Source: Thermostichus sp. DRC_bins_24
Lineage (GTDB): Bacteria; Cyanobacteriota; Cyanobacteriia; Thermostichales; Thermostichaceae
Direction: 5' to 3'
Assembly: GCA_039794845.1 (NCBI GenBank)
Contig: JAUQVK010000053.1
Location: 1-47,217 of the forward strand
Length of the DNA stretch: 47,217 nucleotides
Made by a program: the position numbers and the translations under genes. This document shows, one piece after another, positions 31,975 through 43,964 of this stretch. The notes under the pieces were generated by a model, which worked only from the letters and a program-made list of their open reading frames with translations, was not told where the DNA came from and did not search any database. Every line of letters begins with the position of its first letter. Within the stretch, counting starts at the first letter, position 1.

Positions 31975-32775
31975 ATGTCTAGCAGAACGGCGCTTGTCGT
32001 CACCGTTGCCTGTTTGAGTGGGGGATCCGGCAAAACCACCGCCGCCCTCAACTTGGCCACCATGCTGGCAGACCATGGCAAAACCTTGGCCATCGATTTT
32101 GACCCGCAGGGGAACCTGAGCCAGTGGATGGGCTGGACGGATTTGTCCGAGTCGGCCACGATTGCCGAGACAATCCTGCCGGGGGCGGATCGGGTGCACA
32201 TCAGCGAGATCATCCGTACCCCCCTGAATGAGGATCGCCAAGACCGGCTTTGGTTGGCCCCCAGCGATTACAGCCTGTCGCGGGCAATGGATGCGATTGT
32301 GATGGAGCCGGGGCGGGAACTGTTTTTAAAGCGGGCGTTGCGGCCGATTTTGTCGGACTATGACTTTTTGGTGATCGATAGTCCCCCCTCAAAAGGGTTA
32401 CTCACCTACAACAGCATTCTCAGTGCTGACCTGCTGGTGGTGCCCACCGAATGCACCCAAAAAGGGGTAATGGGGGCTTTAAGCACCCTGGTTTTGCTGA
32501 AAGAATTGGAGGAATTGGACTTCCATGTGCCCAAGTTTTTGGGGGTGCTACCGACACGGGAACAGTGGGTGGGCAACAATCGCACCAAAATGTCGCGGGC
32601 GGCAGTCGAAGCCCTGACCGAGACGATGCAAGGGATCCCCATTTTTACCCCGGTGCGGCAAAGTACAGTAGTGCAACAAACCAACAGCATGGGCTGGTCG
32701 CTGGCGGAGTCTGGGGAAGAAGTGTTGGCTCAACCCTATCGCGAGGTCATCGAGGCTGTGTTGGAGGCTCGCTAA
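31975..32775 (+). CDS. ParA/McdA-like ATPase with deviant Walker A
   Basis: LSGGSGKTT, DFDPQGNL, IDSPPS and ECTQKG motifs. Confidence 0.9.
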   Translation: MSSRTALVVTVACLSGGSGKTTAALNLATMLADHGKTLAIDFDPQGNLSQWMGWTDLSESATIAETILPGADRVHISEIIRTPLNEDRQDRLWLAPSDYSLSRAMDAIVMEPGRELFLKRALRPILSDYDFLVIDSPPSKGLLTYNSILSADLLVVPTECTQKGVMGALSTLVLLKELEELDFHVPKFLGVLPTREQWVGNNRTKMSRAAVEALTETMQGIPIFTPVRQSTVVQQTNSMGWSLAESGEEVLAQPYREVIEAVLEAR

Positions 32776-32776
32776 C

Positions 32777-33634
32777 ATGGCCACTTCCAAAAAGCTCCCC
32801 AAGAAAAAGTTGCCCACTGGCCCCACCAAGGCAGATTTGCTCTCGCGCATGGGGGTGATCAAGTCACCAGAAACGAGTGAAGGGGCAGAAGAGTCCTCTG
32901 CACCCCTACCCCTGCCATCTAAGCCTGTTGTCTCAGCTCAGCCCCGGAAGCCCTCCATTGCCTTGGCAGACGTGACGGATTCTGAGCCTGAAGATCCCAC
33001 GCCGGATTGGGATCCCTTGCCAGATCCCCCTGCCCTGGATCTGCCAAAACCCGTGGAGGTTGCCGCCGCCGTTGCGCTCCCACCCACCCACCCTCCTCCC
33101 CCCGCCCCACCCCTTGAATCTGTTCAACCGATTGAACTGAAAGCCAAGTTGCCTGAGTTGGCCATCTTGCCGACAGATTTGCCGACAGACTTTTTGCCTC
33201 CATCCCCAGCCCGTAACGGTAACGGCAACGGTTCCCACACCCATGACGCTGCCAGGAATGGCTCAAGCAACGGACAGGTGGCCCCACCCCAAAAGGCTCC
33301 CGCTGCTCCGCCGCCCGCCCCCCACGTGCCTGAGCCTACCCCTGCCCTGCCGGATCCCCGCGATGCTTTGGATGCACAACTGGGCTTACAAAAGCTCACC
33401 CTTAAGTGTTCTGCCGAAATGCTGGACAAATTGGCATCCCTGCAAGCCACCACGGGGCTACCCGGCGAGATTTTGCTGGAGGTGCTGGTGGATCACTGGG
33501 AGCATCTGCCCAAACCGTTGCAGCAGGACTGCCTCATGCAGGCGCACCGCATCCGGGTGGAACGGCTGGTGATCAGCCAAAACCACGCCATCGCCACCAT
33601 TGAGCAGCTCTTGAACGAGCAGCACTTGCTTTGA
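32777..33634 (+). CDS. Putative ParA partner: basic N-terminus, Pro-rich disordered linker, helical C-terminal domain
   Basis: Starts 1 nt after the parA stop codon; composition visible in the translation. Confidence 0.75.
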   Translation: MATSKKLPKKKLPTGPTKADLLSRMGVIKSPETSEGAEESSAPLPLPSKPVVSAQPRKPSIALADVTDSEPEDPTPDWDPLPDPPALDLPKPVEVAAAVALPPTHPPPPAPPLESVQPIELKAKLPELAILPTDLPTDFLPPSPARNGNGNGSHTHDAARNGSSNGQVAPPQKAPAAPPPAPHVPEPTPALPDPRDALDAQLGLQKLTLKCSAEMLDKLASLQATTGLPGEILLEVLVDHWEHLPKPLQQDCLMQAHRIRVERLVISQNHAIATIEQLLNEQHLL

Positions 33635-33842
33635 GGCTCTGGCCCATAAAGGCCGGGAAGCTCCCTCTCAAAATATCTGCTGGTGAAGGGGACAGCAGGG
33701 AGCCCACTCCTTGTGCTAGGGTCAGGATAGTATCCTCTGCTCTCTGCGCGACCCCACTGTGCTCTCTCCTCCCTGATCACCAGGTTGTGGCCCAGACATC
33801 CTTTCCCTGTTTCTCCATCGATCAGGTTGTGAACGATTTTTC

Positions 33843-35474
33843 ATGCAAGAACTCGATCTAGCCAAGGCCATAGAGCAGCGGCGCACGTTTGCCATTATTT
33901 CCCACCCGGATGCCGGGAAAACCACCCTTACTGAAAAGCTCCTGTTGTACGGAGGGGCCATTCAAGAAGCCGGGGCAGTAAAAGCCCATCGGGCGCAAAA
34001 GCGGGTGACTTCCGACTGGATGGAACTGGAAAAGCAGCGGGGAATTTCGATTACCTCGACCGTGCTGCAATTTGATTATCGAAACATTCGCCTTAACCTA
34101 CTCGATACCCCCGGCCACCAAGATTTTAGTGAAGACACCTACCGTACGCTGGCGGCAGCTGACAATGCCGTGATGCTAGAAGATGCCAGTAAGGGCCTAG
34201 AAACCCAAACCCGCAAGCTGTTTGAAGTGTGTCAAATGCGGGCACTGCCAATATTTACTTTCATCAACAAGATGGATCGCCCGACTCGGGATCCCTTGGA
34301 TTTAATGGATGAAATTGAAACAGAACTGGGCCTGAAGCCCTACCCTGTCAACTGGCCGATTGGCTCGGGTGACCAGTTTACAGGCGTGTTTGATCGCCGC
34401 ACTCAAGAGTTTCATTTCTTTGAACGGGTATCCAAGGGGCGGGTTCGGGTCAAAGATACGGTGATTAAACTTGGGGATCCCCAAATTGAGGAGTTAATCG
34501 AAGCGGATCTGTACTACCAATTTAAGGAAGAGCTGGAATTGCTGGATGGCTTGATGCCCAACTTGGATCTCAAACAGGTGCATTCGGGCAAACAAACCCC
34601 GGTTTTTTTTGGCAGTGCCATGACCAATTTTGGGGTGGAACTTTTTCTCAATTCGTTTTTGGAATATGCTCTGCCTCCAGTGGCCCACGAGAGTACCTTG
34701 GGGCTGATCCCACCGGAGCATCCTGAATTCACAGGCTTTGTCTTTAAGTTACAAGCCAATATGGATCCCCGCCATCGGGATCGCATCGCATTTGTGCGCA
34801 TCTGTTCTGGAAAATTTGAAAAGGATATGGTGGTAAACCATGCCCGACTTAACCGCACTGTGCGTCTGTCTTATCCGCAAAAGCTATTTGCCCAAGATCG
34901 CGTCTCGATTGATGAGGCTTATCCCGGGGATGTGATCGGCCTGAACAATCCTGGGATTTTCACGATCGGGGATACCATCTACACCGGCTCAAAATTGCGC
35001 TATGCCGGGATCCCGAGCTTCTCTCCCGAGCTGTTTGCCTACTTGAAAAACCCCAACCCCTCTAAATTTAAGCAGTTCCAGAAAGGGGTAGCGGAATTGC
35101 GGGAAGAAGGGGCTGTGCAAATCATGTACTCCGTGGACGAGTCCAAACGGGATCCGATTGTGGCGGCGGTGGGCCAGTTGCAGTTTGAAGTGGTACAGTA
35201 TCGCCTTGAACATGAATACAACGTCGAAACTCGTCTGGAGATGCTGCCCTACACGCTGGCTCGTTGGGTCGAGAATGGTTGGGAGGTCTTAGAAAATATC
35301 CCCAGCTTGTTCAATACCCTCATTGTCAAAGATATTCAGGATAGGCCCGTTCTGTTGTTCAAAAACGAGTGGACATTGCAACAGTTTGTGGGCAGCAATC
35401 CCAAGATTAAACTCAGCAAGATCGCCCCTGTTTTGGAGGTTGCCAAGGACGCGGGATCGAATCCACCAATCTAG
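33843..35474 (+). CDS. prfC: Peptide chain release factor 3
   Basis: [16 protein letters not shown] and [14 protein letters not shown] motifs. Confidence 0.98.
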   Translation: MQELDLAKAIEQRRTFAIISHPDAGKTTLTEKLLLYGGAIQEAGAVKAHRAQKRVTSDWMELEKQRGISITSTVLQFDYRNIRLNLLDTPGHQDFSEDTYRTLAAADNAVMLEDASKGLETQTRKLFEVCQMRALPIFTFINKMDRPTRDPLDLMDEIETELGLKPYPVNWPIGSGDQFTGVFDRRTQEFHFFERVSKGRVRVKDTVIKLGDPQIEELIEADLYYQFKEELELLDGLMPNLDLKQVHSGKQTPVFFGSAMTNFGVELFLNSFLEYALPPVAHESTLGLIPPEHPEFTGFVFKLQANMDPRHRDRIAFVRICSGKFEKDMVVNHARLNRTVRLSYPQKLFAQDRVSIDEAYPGDVIGLNNPGIFTIGDTIYTGSKLRYAGIPSFSPELFAYLKNPNPSKFKQFQKGVAELREEGAVQIMYSVDESKRDPIVAAVGQLQFEVVQYRLEHEYNVETRLEMLPYTLARWVENGWEVLENIPSLFNTLIVKDIQDRPVLLFKNEWTLQQFVGSNPKIKLSKIAPVLEVAKDAGSNPPI

Positions 35475-37453
35475 GGTTGTGTTGCGGATTCCCTCAGCCT
35501 TTGAATGCGAAACATAGTGATACAGCAAATCAACCACAACGCTCCCAGGCTGTACCCCGCCAACACATCGCTGGGCCAGTTCAGCCCCAAGTAGGCGCGG
35601 CTAAGGCCAATCAAGGCCAAAATTCCCAATACTCCCCAGCGGATCCACCGTCGTTGCTCAGGAAAATAGCTTGTTAGCAAATAGCCCAGCAGCCCGTAGA
35701 TCACTGTTGCGCCGATGATCTGCCCACTGGGAAAGCTGTAGCCCGTCTCCGAGAGAATCGGATCCCATAAATCCGGGCGTTCCCGAGAAAACGTCGGCTT
35801 TAGCACCCCGGCAATCACAGCAGCTCCTAACCCTGCAACCATCAGCCCCCAAGCTGTTTGCCTTTCTTGCCTGCGCCAGAGCCAACCAAAACCCCAAGCC
35901 ATCAACCCTACCAATCCAAGTGGATGGCCCAACCCCCACCCCAACAAGGCCAAGGGATCCAGCCAAGGGCTGGCCCAATGCAGCATTTGCAAAAACCCTT
36001 CTTCAAGGGTTTGACTGGGGGACTGCAACTCCTCCAGGGCTTTACCCAATCCCCACAGGGCAATGGCAGATCCGAGGATCCCGCCCAAGCCAACGGTTGC
36101 CGTTAACATCGTCAAGCTGGGGGAGATGCGCTTGACCCAAAAGAGGGCGATTTTTTCGGCGGAGTTGGGCCGTTGTACGGGTGGTGCGATTACCGTCAGG
36201 CCGCCTGGAATCACCTCAATCTGCACGGGGGTTGTGCCCACCACCTCTCCATCGATGACCACCTTTTGGGGTGGGATCGTCTCCACCCGAATGCGGGAAG
36301 CCTTCAGGGTGAGGATCCCTTCCAGTTGCGGTACTTGTTTGGCCAAAGAAGCCCCCAGCAGATGCACCATATCCCCAAGGGGTTGTACCCGCCGTGCCAA
36401 AGCCTGGGAAAGCCCATTTGAGCCGGGATCCTCTTGACTACGCACCAAGGTCACATCCAATCGGCCATCCCCCGGATTTACGCGCCCACGGCCTTGAGCC
36501 AGAACGGAAGTGGCCGGAGCGGCATTGGCAATGGTGAGGGCGGTGGCTTGCAAGTGCTCCGGCTCGGAACCATCCACCTCCATCGTCACTTGAAAGGGTT
36601 GTTGATCCCCCAGTTGTTGCAACCCCGCCACCAGATAGGCCAGAGGGCCAAAACGGGTTTTCAATTCGCGGCTGGCGCGTTCGACCGTTTCTGCCTCAAA
36701 CCCGATCCCGGCCAATAGAATCATCGGTTGCCCATCACAGCGAGCCGCATCCACCACCCGCGTCGAACCGGCCAAGATCAGATCACACGCCCTTTGCAAA
36801 TCATTCGGGATCCCCAGTGCCGAGGCAAAGGCATTGGCGGTACCGCGTGGGATCACCCCCAGAGGAATGCCAGAGCCAAACAAAACCCCTGCCACCGCCG
36901 AAACGGTGCCATCTCCACCGGAAGCGATGATCAGATCCGGTTGGGCTGCTAGCGCTTCTTCCGCTAAGCTTTTGGCACCGCGATCCGGTTGGGTCAGCAG
37001 CACTTGCAGGCGGATCCCGGACGATAAATGTTGCCGCACCAGGGCCAGTTGTTGGGTTTCATCCCCTTGACCGGAAATGGGGTTGAAGATCAAGTACCCC
37101 AGGCGTTGCCCTGCCAAAGACAGAATCAGCGCCCGGGCCGTGGCCACATTCAGCGCCAAAGGAAGACTTGCCTGTTCGCAATCCTTGACCAGCTCGGCCA
37201 GCGCAGCAGGATCTGCCTCGGGATCCCAAAGGGCAATGACCGCCTGGGGGCTTCCCTCAAGGAGATAAGAACGCCATTCCGCCCGAGATGCAACTGTTTT
37301 TGTCGTCAGTCTGTGGTGTTGAGTTAAATGGCCGGCCAGGGATCCCTCAGCAACCAGACAAAACCGGGAGACCAAGGCCCGTTGCTGTTTCAACAGCTCG
37401 AGCAAGGCGGCTTCTTGGCGGTCTGTTGCTGAGATCAGGATCCCTGGTTTCAT
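35471..37453 (-). CDS. Fusion of an MGS-like domain, a YegS/DAGK-type lipid kinase and a membrane PAP2-like domain
   Basis: WDP...[10 protein letters not shown] (MGS-like); NPISG, GGDGT, PRGTAN (kinase); K-x6-RP, FPSG, SR..LG..WPSDV (PAP2). Confidence 0.85.
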   Translation of the reverse strand: MKPGILISATDRQEAALLELLKQQRALVSRFCLVAEGSLAGHLTQHHRLTTKTVASRAEWRSYLLEGSPQAVIALWDPEADPAALAELVKDCEQASLPLALNVATARALILSLAGQRLGYLIFNPISGQGDETQQLALVRQHLSSGIRLQVLLTQPDRGAKSLAEEALAAQPDLIIASGGDGTVSAVAGVLFGSGIPLGVIPRGTANAFASALGIPNDLQRACDLILAGSTRVVDAARCDGQPMILLAGIGFEAETVERASRELKTRFGPLAYLVAGLQQLGDQQPFQVTMEVDGSEPEHLQATALTIANAAPATSVLAQGRGRVNPGDGRLDVTLVRSQEDPGSNGLSQALARRVQPLGDMVHLLGASLAKQVPQLEGILTLKASRIRVETIPPQKVVIDGEVVGTTPVQIEVIPGGLTVIAPPVQRPNSAEKIALFWVKRISPSLTMLTATVGLGGILGSAIALWGLGKALEELQSPSQTLEEGFLQMLHWASPWLDPLALLGWGLGHPLGLVGLMAWGFGWLWRRQERQTAWGLMVAGLGAAVIAGVLKPTFSRERPDLWDPILSETGYSFPSGQIIGATVIYGLLGYLLTSYFPEQRRWIRWGVLGILALIGLSRAYLGLNWPSDVLAGYSLGALWLICCITMFRIQRLRESATQP

Positions 37454-37537
37454 GGGAAATCAGAAGGGGCATTCCAGCTAGGATAGCCGGATCCTCAGAG
37501 GCCTTGGGCAAAAGCTATGAGTACAGCCAAGAATGGG

Positions 37538-38014
37538 TTAAGCAGATTCCGAAGGGGCTCCTGCCTCTCCTAGAGTAGCACCGGGCCGGTTCTGCCGAAT
37601 TGCTTGCACAATCGCCACCGTGAGCAGATGGGAGAGTAGCCCCACAGGCCCAGCGAACAAGCACAAGATCAAGGAATGGGTTGTCCATACGCGCTGGTTC
37701 CACCCTTCTAAAAAGATCCAGCGACCGACAAACAAATCCATGACAATGTAGTGCACCCATCCCGTTGCCATGACCGAGGGCTGGCTGAATAGGGAAGTGA
37801 GGCTACTCAAGGACATTTGCGGGTCAGAAAACCCCTTTAACGTACTGGAGTCAAACCCTGTAACCAATAGATACAGATAAACCACTGCCAAAACCGCGAT
37901 GGGCAACAGCGGCTCCATCACCTTGCGGGTTACCTTCCAGCCGGGCAACAGGATCATCAAGGCCCAAAAGGGCAACGCAAACCAATTGGCCCCGTTAAAG
38001 ATCAGCTCCAACAT
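37538..38014 (-). CDS. ABA4-like (DUF4281) membrane protein
   Basis: LPFWALMILLP, GWVHYIVMDLFVGRWI and GPVGLLSH motifs. Confidence 0.85.
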   Translation of the reverse strand: MLELIFNGANWFALPFWALMILLPGWKVTRKVMEPLLPIAVLAVVYLYLLVTGFDSSTLKGFSDPQMSLSSLTSLFSQPSVMATGWVHYIVMDLFVGRWIFLEGWNQRVWTTHSLILCLFAGPVGLLSHLLTVAIVQAIRQNRPGATLGEAGAPSESA

Positions 38015-38331
38015 GTTTGGCAACCCACAACGCTACTTGTCCATTATTGACATAATGCCCTTTGGGATCCCTAACCGGCGCTTCATAATGAACGAATGAT
38101 GAACGAATGAATGAGAGCTTCTCGGATGGGGGATCGGGTCAAAAAACGGTCAGGAGAAGCCTGTGGATTAACTCGGTTTGGGGTCAACTTGGTCCCTTTT
38201 GGGCTTGGTGGTCAGTCGGCCCTGCGCCATTGACATACCGAAGAGATCATGACTCTGCTACAGCCGGATTGAAGCCAGATTGATACAACTTAAGAGGAAG
38301 TCGAGACTGCCATTCACCACAGGGGGATCCC

Positions 38332-39348
38332 ATGACTGTTCAACGTTCCGGCCCACCTCCAATTGTCTACATTCTCTTGCTCGGATTGCTAGGAGGCAGC
38401 GGCTGGTATGCCTACCGTTCTGGGCTACTGGATTCGCTACCCAACCCTTTGGGGCGCAGCAGCGAGACGGAGTCCTTACCCACCTCTACCCAGGCAGGGA
38501 TCCCTCCCACTCAACCCACCCAACCGCAAGCGCAAGCCCCCAATGCACCGGCCAATTCCATTAATCTGGATACCTCCCTGCCCAATCCCGCCGTGATCCA
38601 GATGGATGGCAGCGTGACGATGATCCGCATCATCTTGGCCCTGCGAGCGGGCTATACCCAACAAAACCCCAGTATTCCCATCTCCTATGGGATCCCGGAT
38701 GGCAAACCGAATGGATCCAATGCCGGCATGCGTGCTCTCTTGGATGGTCAGATTCAGATTGCCGCCACCTCTCGTCCCCTCAATGCCAGCGAGGTGCAAG
38801 CCGGTTTACAGGCGATCCCGATTGCCAAAGATGCACTGGCGGTGGCGGTGGGCATCAACAACCCCTACAAAGGTGGCCTAACGATGCAACAGCTGGCGGA
38901 TATTTTTCAGGGGCGCATCACCAACTGGAGTCAGGTGGGTGGGCCGGATCGTCCCATTCGCGTGCTCAACCGGGCCCGCCAAAGTGGTACCGCCAGCGTT
39001 TTCCAAGATTTGGTTTTGTTGGGACTGCCTTTTGCACCCGATGGGCCGAACTTCATCACCGCCACTGAAGATGCCACCACGCCGCTGTTGCGTGCCCTTG
39101 GGGAAGACGGCATCACCTACAGCACGGTCGATCAGGTGGAAAATCAGCAGACGGTGCGGATCGTGCCTATCGATGGCCAAATGCCCACCCGCGAGGCCAT
39201 CCAGAGTGGTCGGTATCCTCTGGCTCGCAATGTGTTTCTGGCCGTACCTCGGCAAACCAGCCCCGCCGTGGCCGATTTCATCAACTACGCTCTCTCCGAC
39301 CAAGGCCAGCAGATCATCTCCCGCACCGAGTTCATTCCCCTCAGGTAA
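38332..39348 (+). CDS. PstS-family phosphate-binding protein with N-terminal membrane anchor (no pstCAB adjacent)
   Basis: DGS.T, GSNAG, ATSRPL, ITNWSQVGG, R..SGT and YPLAR motifs. Confidence 0.82.
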   Translation: MTVQRSGPPPIVYILLLGLLGGSGWYAYRSGLLDSLPNPLGRSSETESLPTSTQAGIPPTQPTQPQAQAPNAPANSINLDTSLPNPAVIQMDGSVTMIRIILALRAGYTQQNPSIPISYGIPDGKPNGSNAGMRALLDGQIQIAATSRPLNASEVQAGLQAIPIAKDALAVAVGINNPYKGGLTMQQLADIFQGRITNWSQVGGPDRPIRVLNRARQSGTASVFQDLVLLGLPFAPDGPNFITATEDATTPLLRALGEDGITYSTVDQVENQQTVRIVPIDGQMPTREAIQSGRYPLARNVFLAVPRQTSPAVADFINYALSDQGQQIISRTEFIPLR

Positions 39349-39402
39349 ATCCAAGAGATGCAAGGGTTCTGCCGATTTCTACTCACCTGTAAAGCAACCA
39401 AG

Positions 39403-39501
39403 GGGCACATCGAAAAATCCAAGCTTTATCGAGAATAGCAACCATAGAATGAGGACTCTAGCCTCATTCGATTTGCAACAAGGTAGTTAATCGAAGTGCC
39501 C
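39403..39501. mobile_element. 99-bp MITE with 11-bp terminal inverted repeats and a 4-bp target-site duplication
   Basis: GGGCACATCGA...TCGAAGTGCCC (10/11 match), flanked by CAAG at 39399-39402 and 39502-39505; internal hairpin at 39447-39469. Confidence 0.7.
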
Positions 39502-39587
39502 CAAGGATTACTCTCAAGGATTACTCTTTAGAAGTTGCTTGCTGAATTTGCTGATCTGGAGTGCTCTCCCAATCTGGATCCGATGGA

Positions 39588-40045
39588 GTGACATCCTCCC
39601 GACGCAATGCCCAGCGGCAGGCTAACGCCAACACCCTAGCGGGTAGAGCGCGGGCTTTCCAAGATCGCTCTTGAGCATTCCTGCCCCACGCCACCGATCC
39701 AGGTCAGCAACCCCCGACAGACCGATCTGAGACGCTTCCCAAGTATCGTGCACTCTACGAATTGTGGTCTGCAACACTTGGGAATGCACCTTGCCCCAAT
39801 GTGGGAATTGCCTCGTTATACAGGCCTCTGCACGGTTCAAGCCCCAACCGCAGAGGACTCTGCTGTGGGGCATCGAGATGGATTCGAATAGATGCGATAG
39901 GTGTAGTTCATGGTCAGCGTAGCTGTGTTCTACCGTTCGCCAGACTGAACGGTGAATGGATGTCTCCTGCCCATGTAGGGGAATCGACAAGCGCGGGGAG
40001 TCCATGTATCCCGACGCTGACCCTAGGGGGTAGAGGGCGGGACTT
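39588..40045 (-). mobile_element. tnpB: Non-autonomous IS200/IS605 element with a deleted, frameshifted tnpB and both end hairpins
   Basis: TnpB fragments LTMNYTYRIY (about 39920) and HSQVLQTTIRRVHDTWE lie in different frames. Left hairpin at 40010-40041; right end ...GCGTCGGGAGGATGTCAC at 39588. Confidence 0.85.
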
Positions 40046-40051
40046 ATTGTC

Positions 40052-40127
40052 CTCCGGACGACCCGGAGGGTCATCGTGCTCCGCACGACCCGGAGGGTCA
40101 TCGTGCTCCGCACGACCCGGAGGGTCA
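40052..40127. repeat. Tandem array of about 3 x 27 bp (CTCCGCACGACCCGGAGGGTCATCGTG)
   Basis: Units at 40052, 40079 and 40106; each contains the hairpin GACCC-GGA-GGGTC. Confidence 0.9.
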
Positions 40128-40354
40128 CCGCTCCCCGTAGCGCAGCGTGCCGCAGGCTTACCCCTCATTAGTTAGTTAAATTGTCCATAGAATGTCTCCT
40201 GGGTAAGCGGAGCTGCAGACGAGTTGCCATAGCGGCAGCATCGATATCGCCTGAGGTGCAGGTAAACCCCCAAAAAGAGGGATCCCCATGAGCAACCTGA
40301 CCCGGCAAGTGCCCTCTACAATGGGAGGCTGACTCTGCAACGCAAGGATCCCTC

Positions 40355-43567
<3,213 letters not shown>

Positions 43568-43964
43568 GCCCGCCCCATGCCAAGGGTTTGGCCGGTGAGA
43601 GGGGATTTGGATCCTGCCATCCTGACCAACCGACAAAGATCGCAATGTCTCAGTACCCATTTGTGTCAGTAGATTAATTTGTTTCACATTCCCCCCGCCC
43701 ACAGTTAGGGATCCCTGTCGCTCGCAAGGGGATTGTCTAGCCTGGGGTAAGAGGCTCACCCAGAATGGAGCTTTTCGAAGATGAATTGCACTGTGTAAAT
43801 GTTAGGTGAATGTCTGGTTGCACTTGCATCTTTTCTCATCTTTTTCTTTTTGCCTGTCGGTTGCCCGATTGAGCTGAGCCATCGTCACCCAATCTTTCCA
43901 CTCAGGCTCAATTGACAGGCAGATGGACAGGCCCTGTTGATGATCGTTCAGGAGTCATTCTCTT

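Noticed and set aside
40052..40127. CRISPR array
   Set aside because: The repeats are contiguous with no unique spacers, and there are no cas genes in the window.
39622..40128. 168-aa ORF (MTLRVVRS repeats) as a real gene
   Set aside because: It is a chance read-through of the tandem repeat, the IS left end and frameshifted tnpB fragments.
40160..40354. PyrR-binding attenuator upstream of carB
   Set aside because: No AGUCCAGAGAGGCU-like PyrR loop or terminator is visible.
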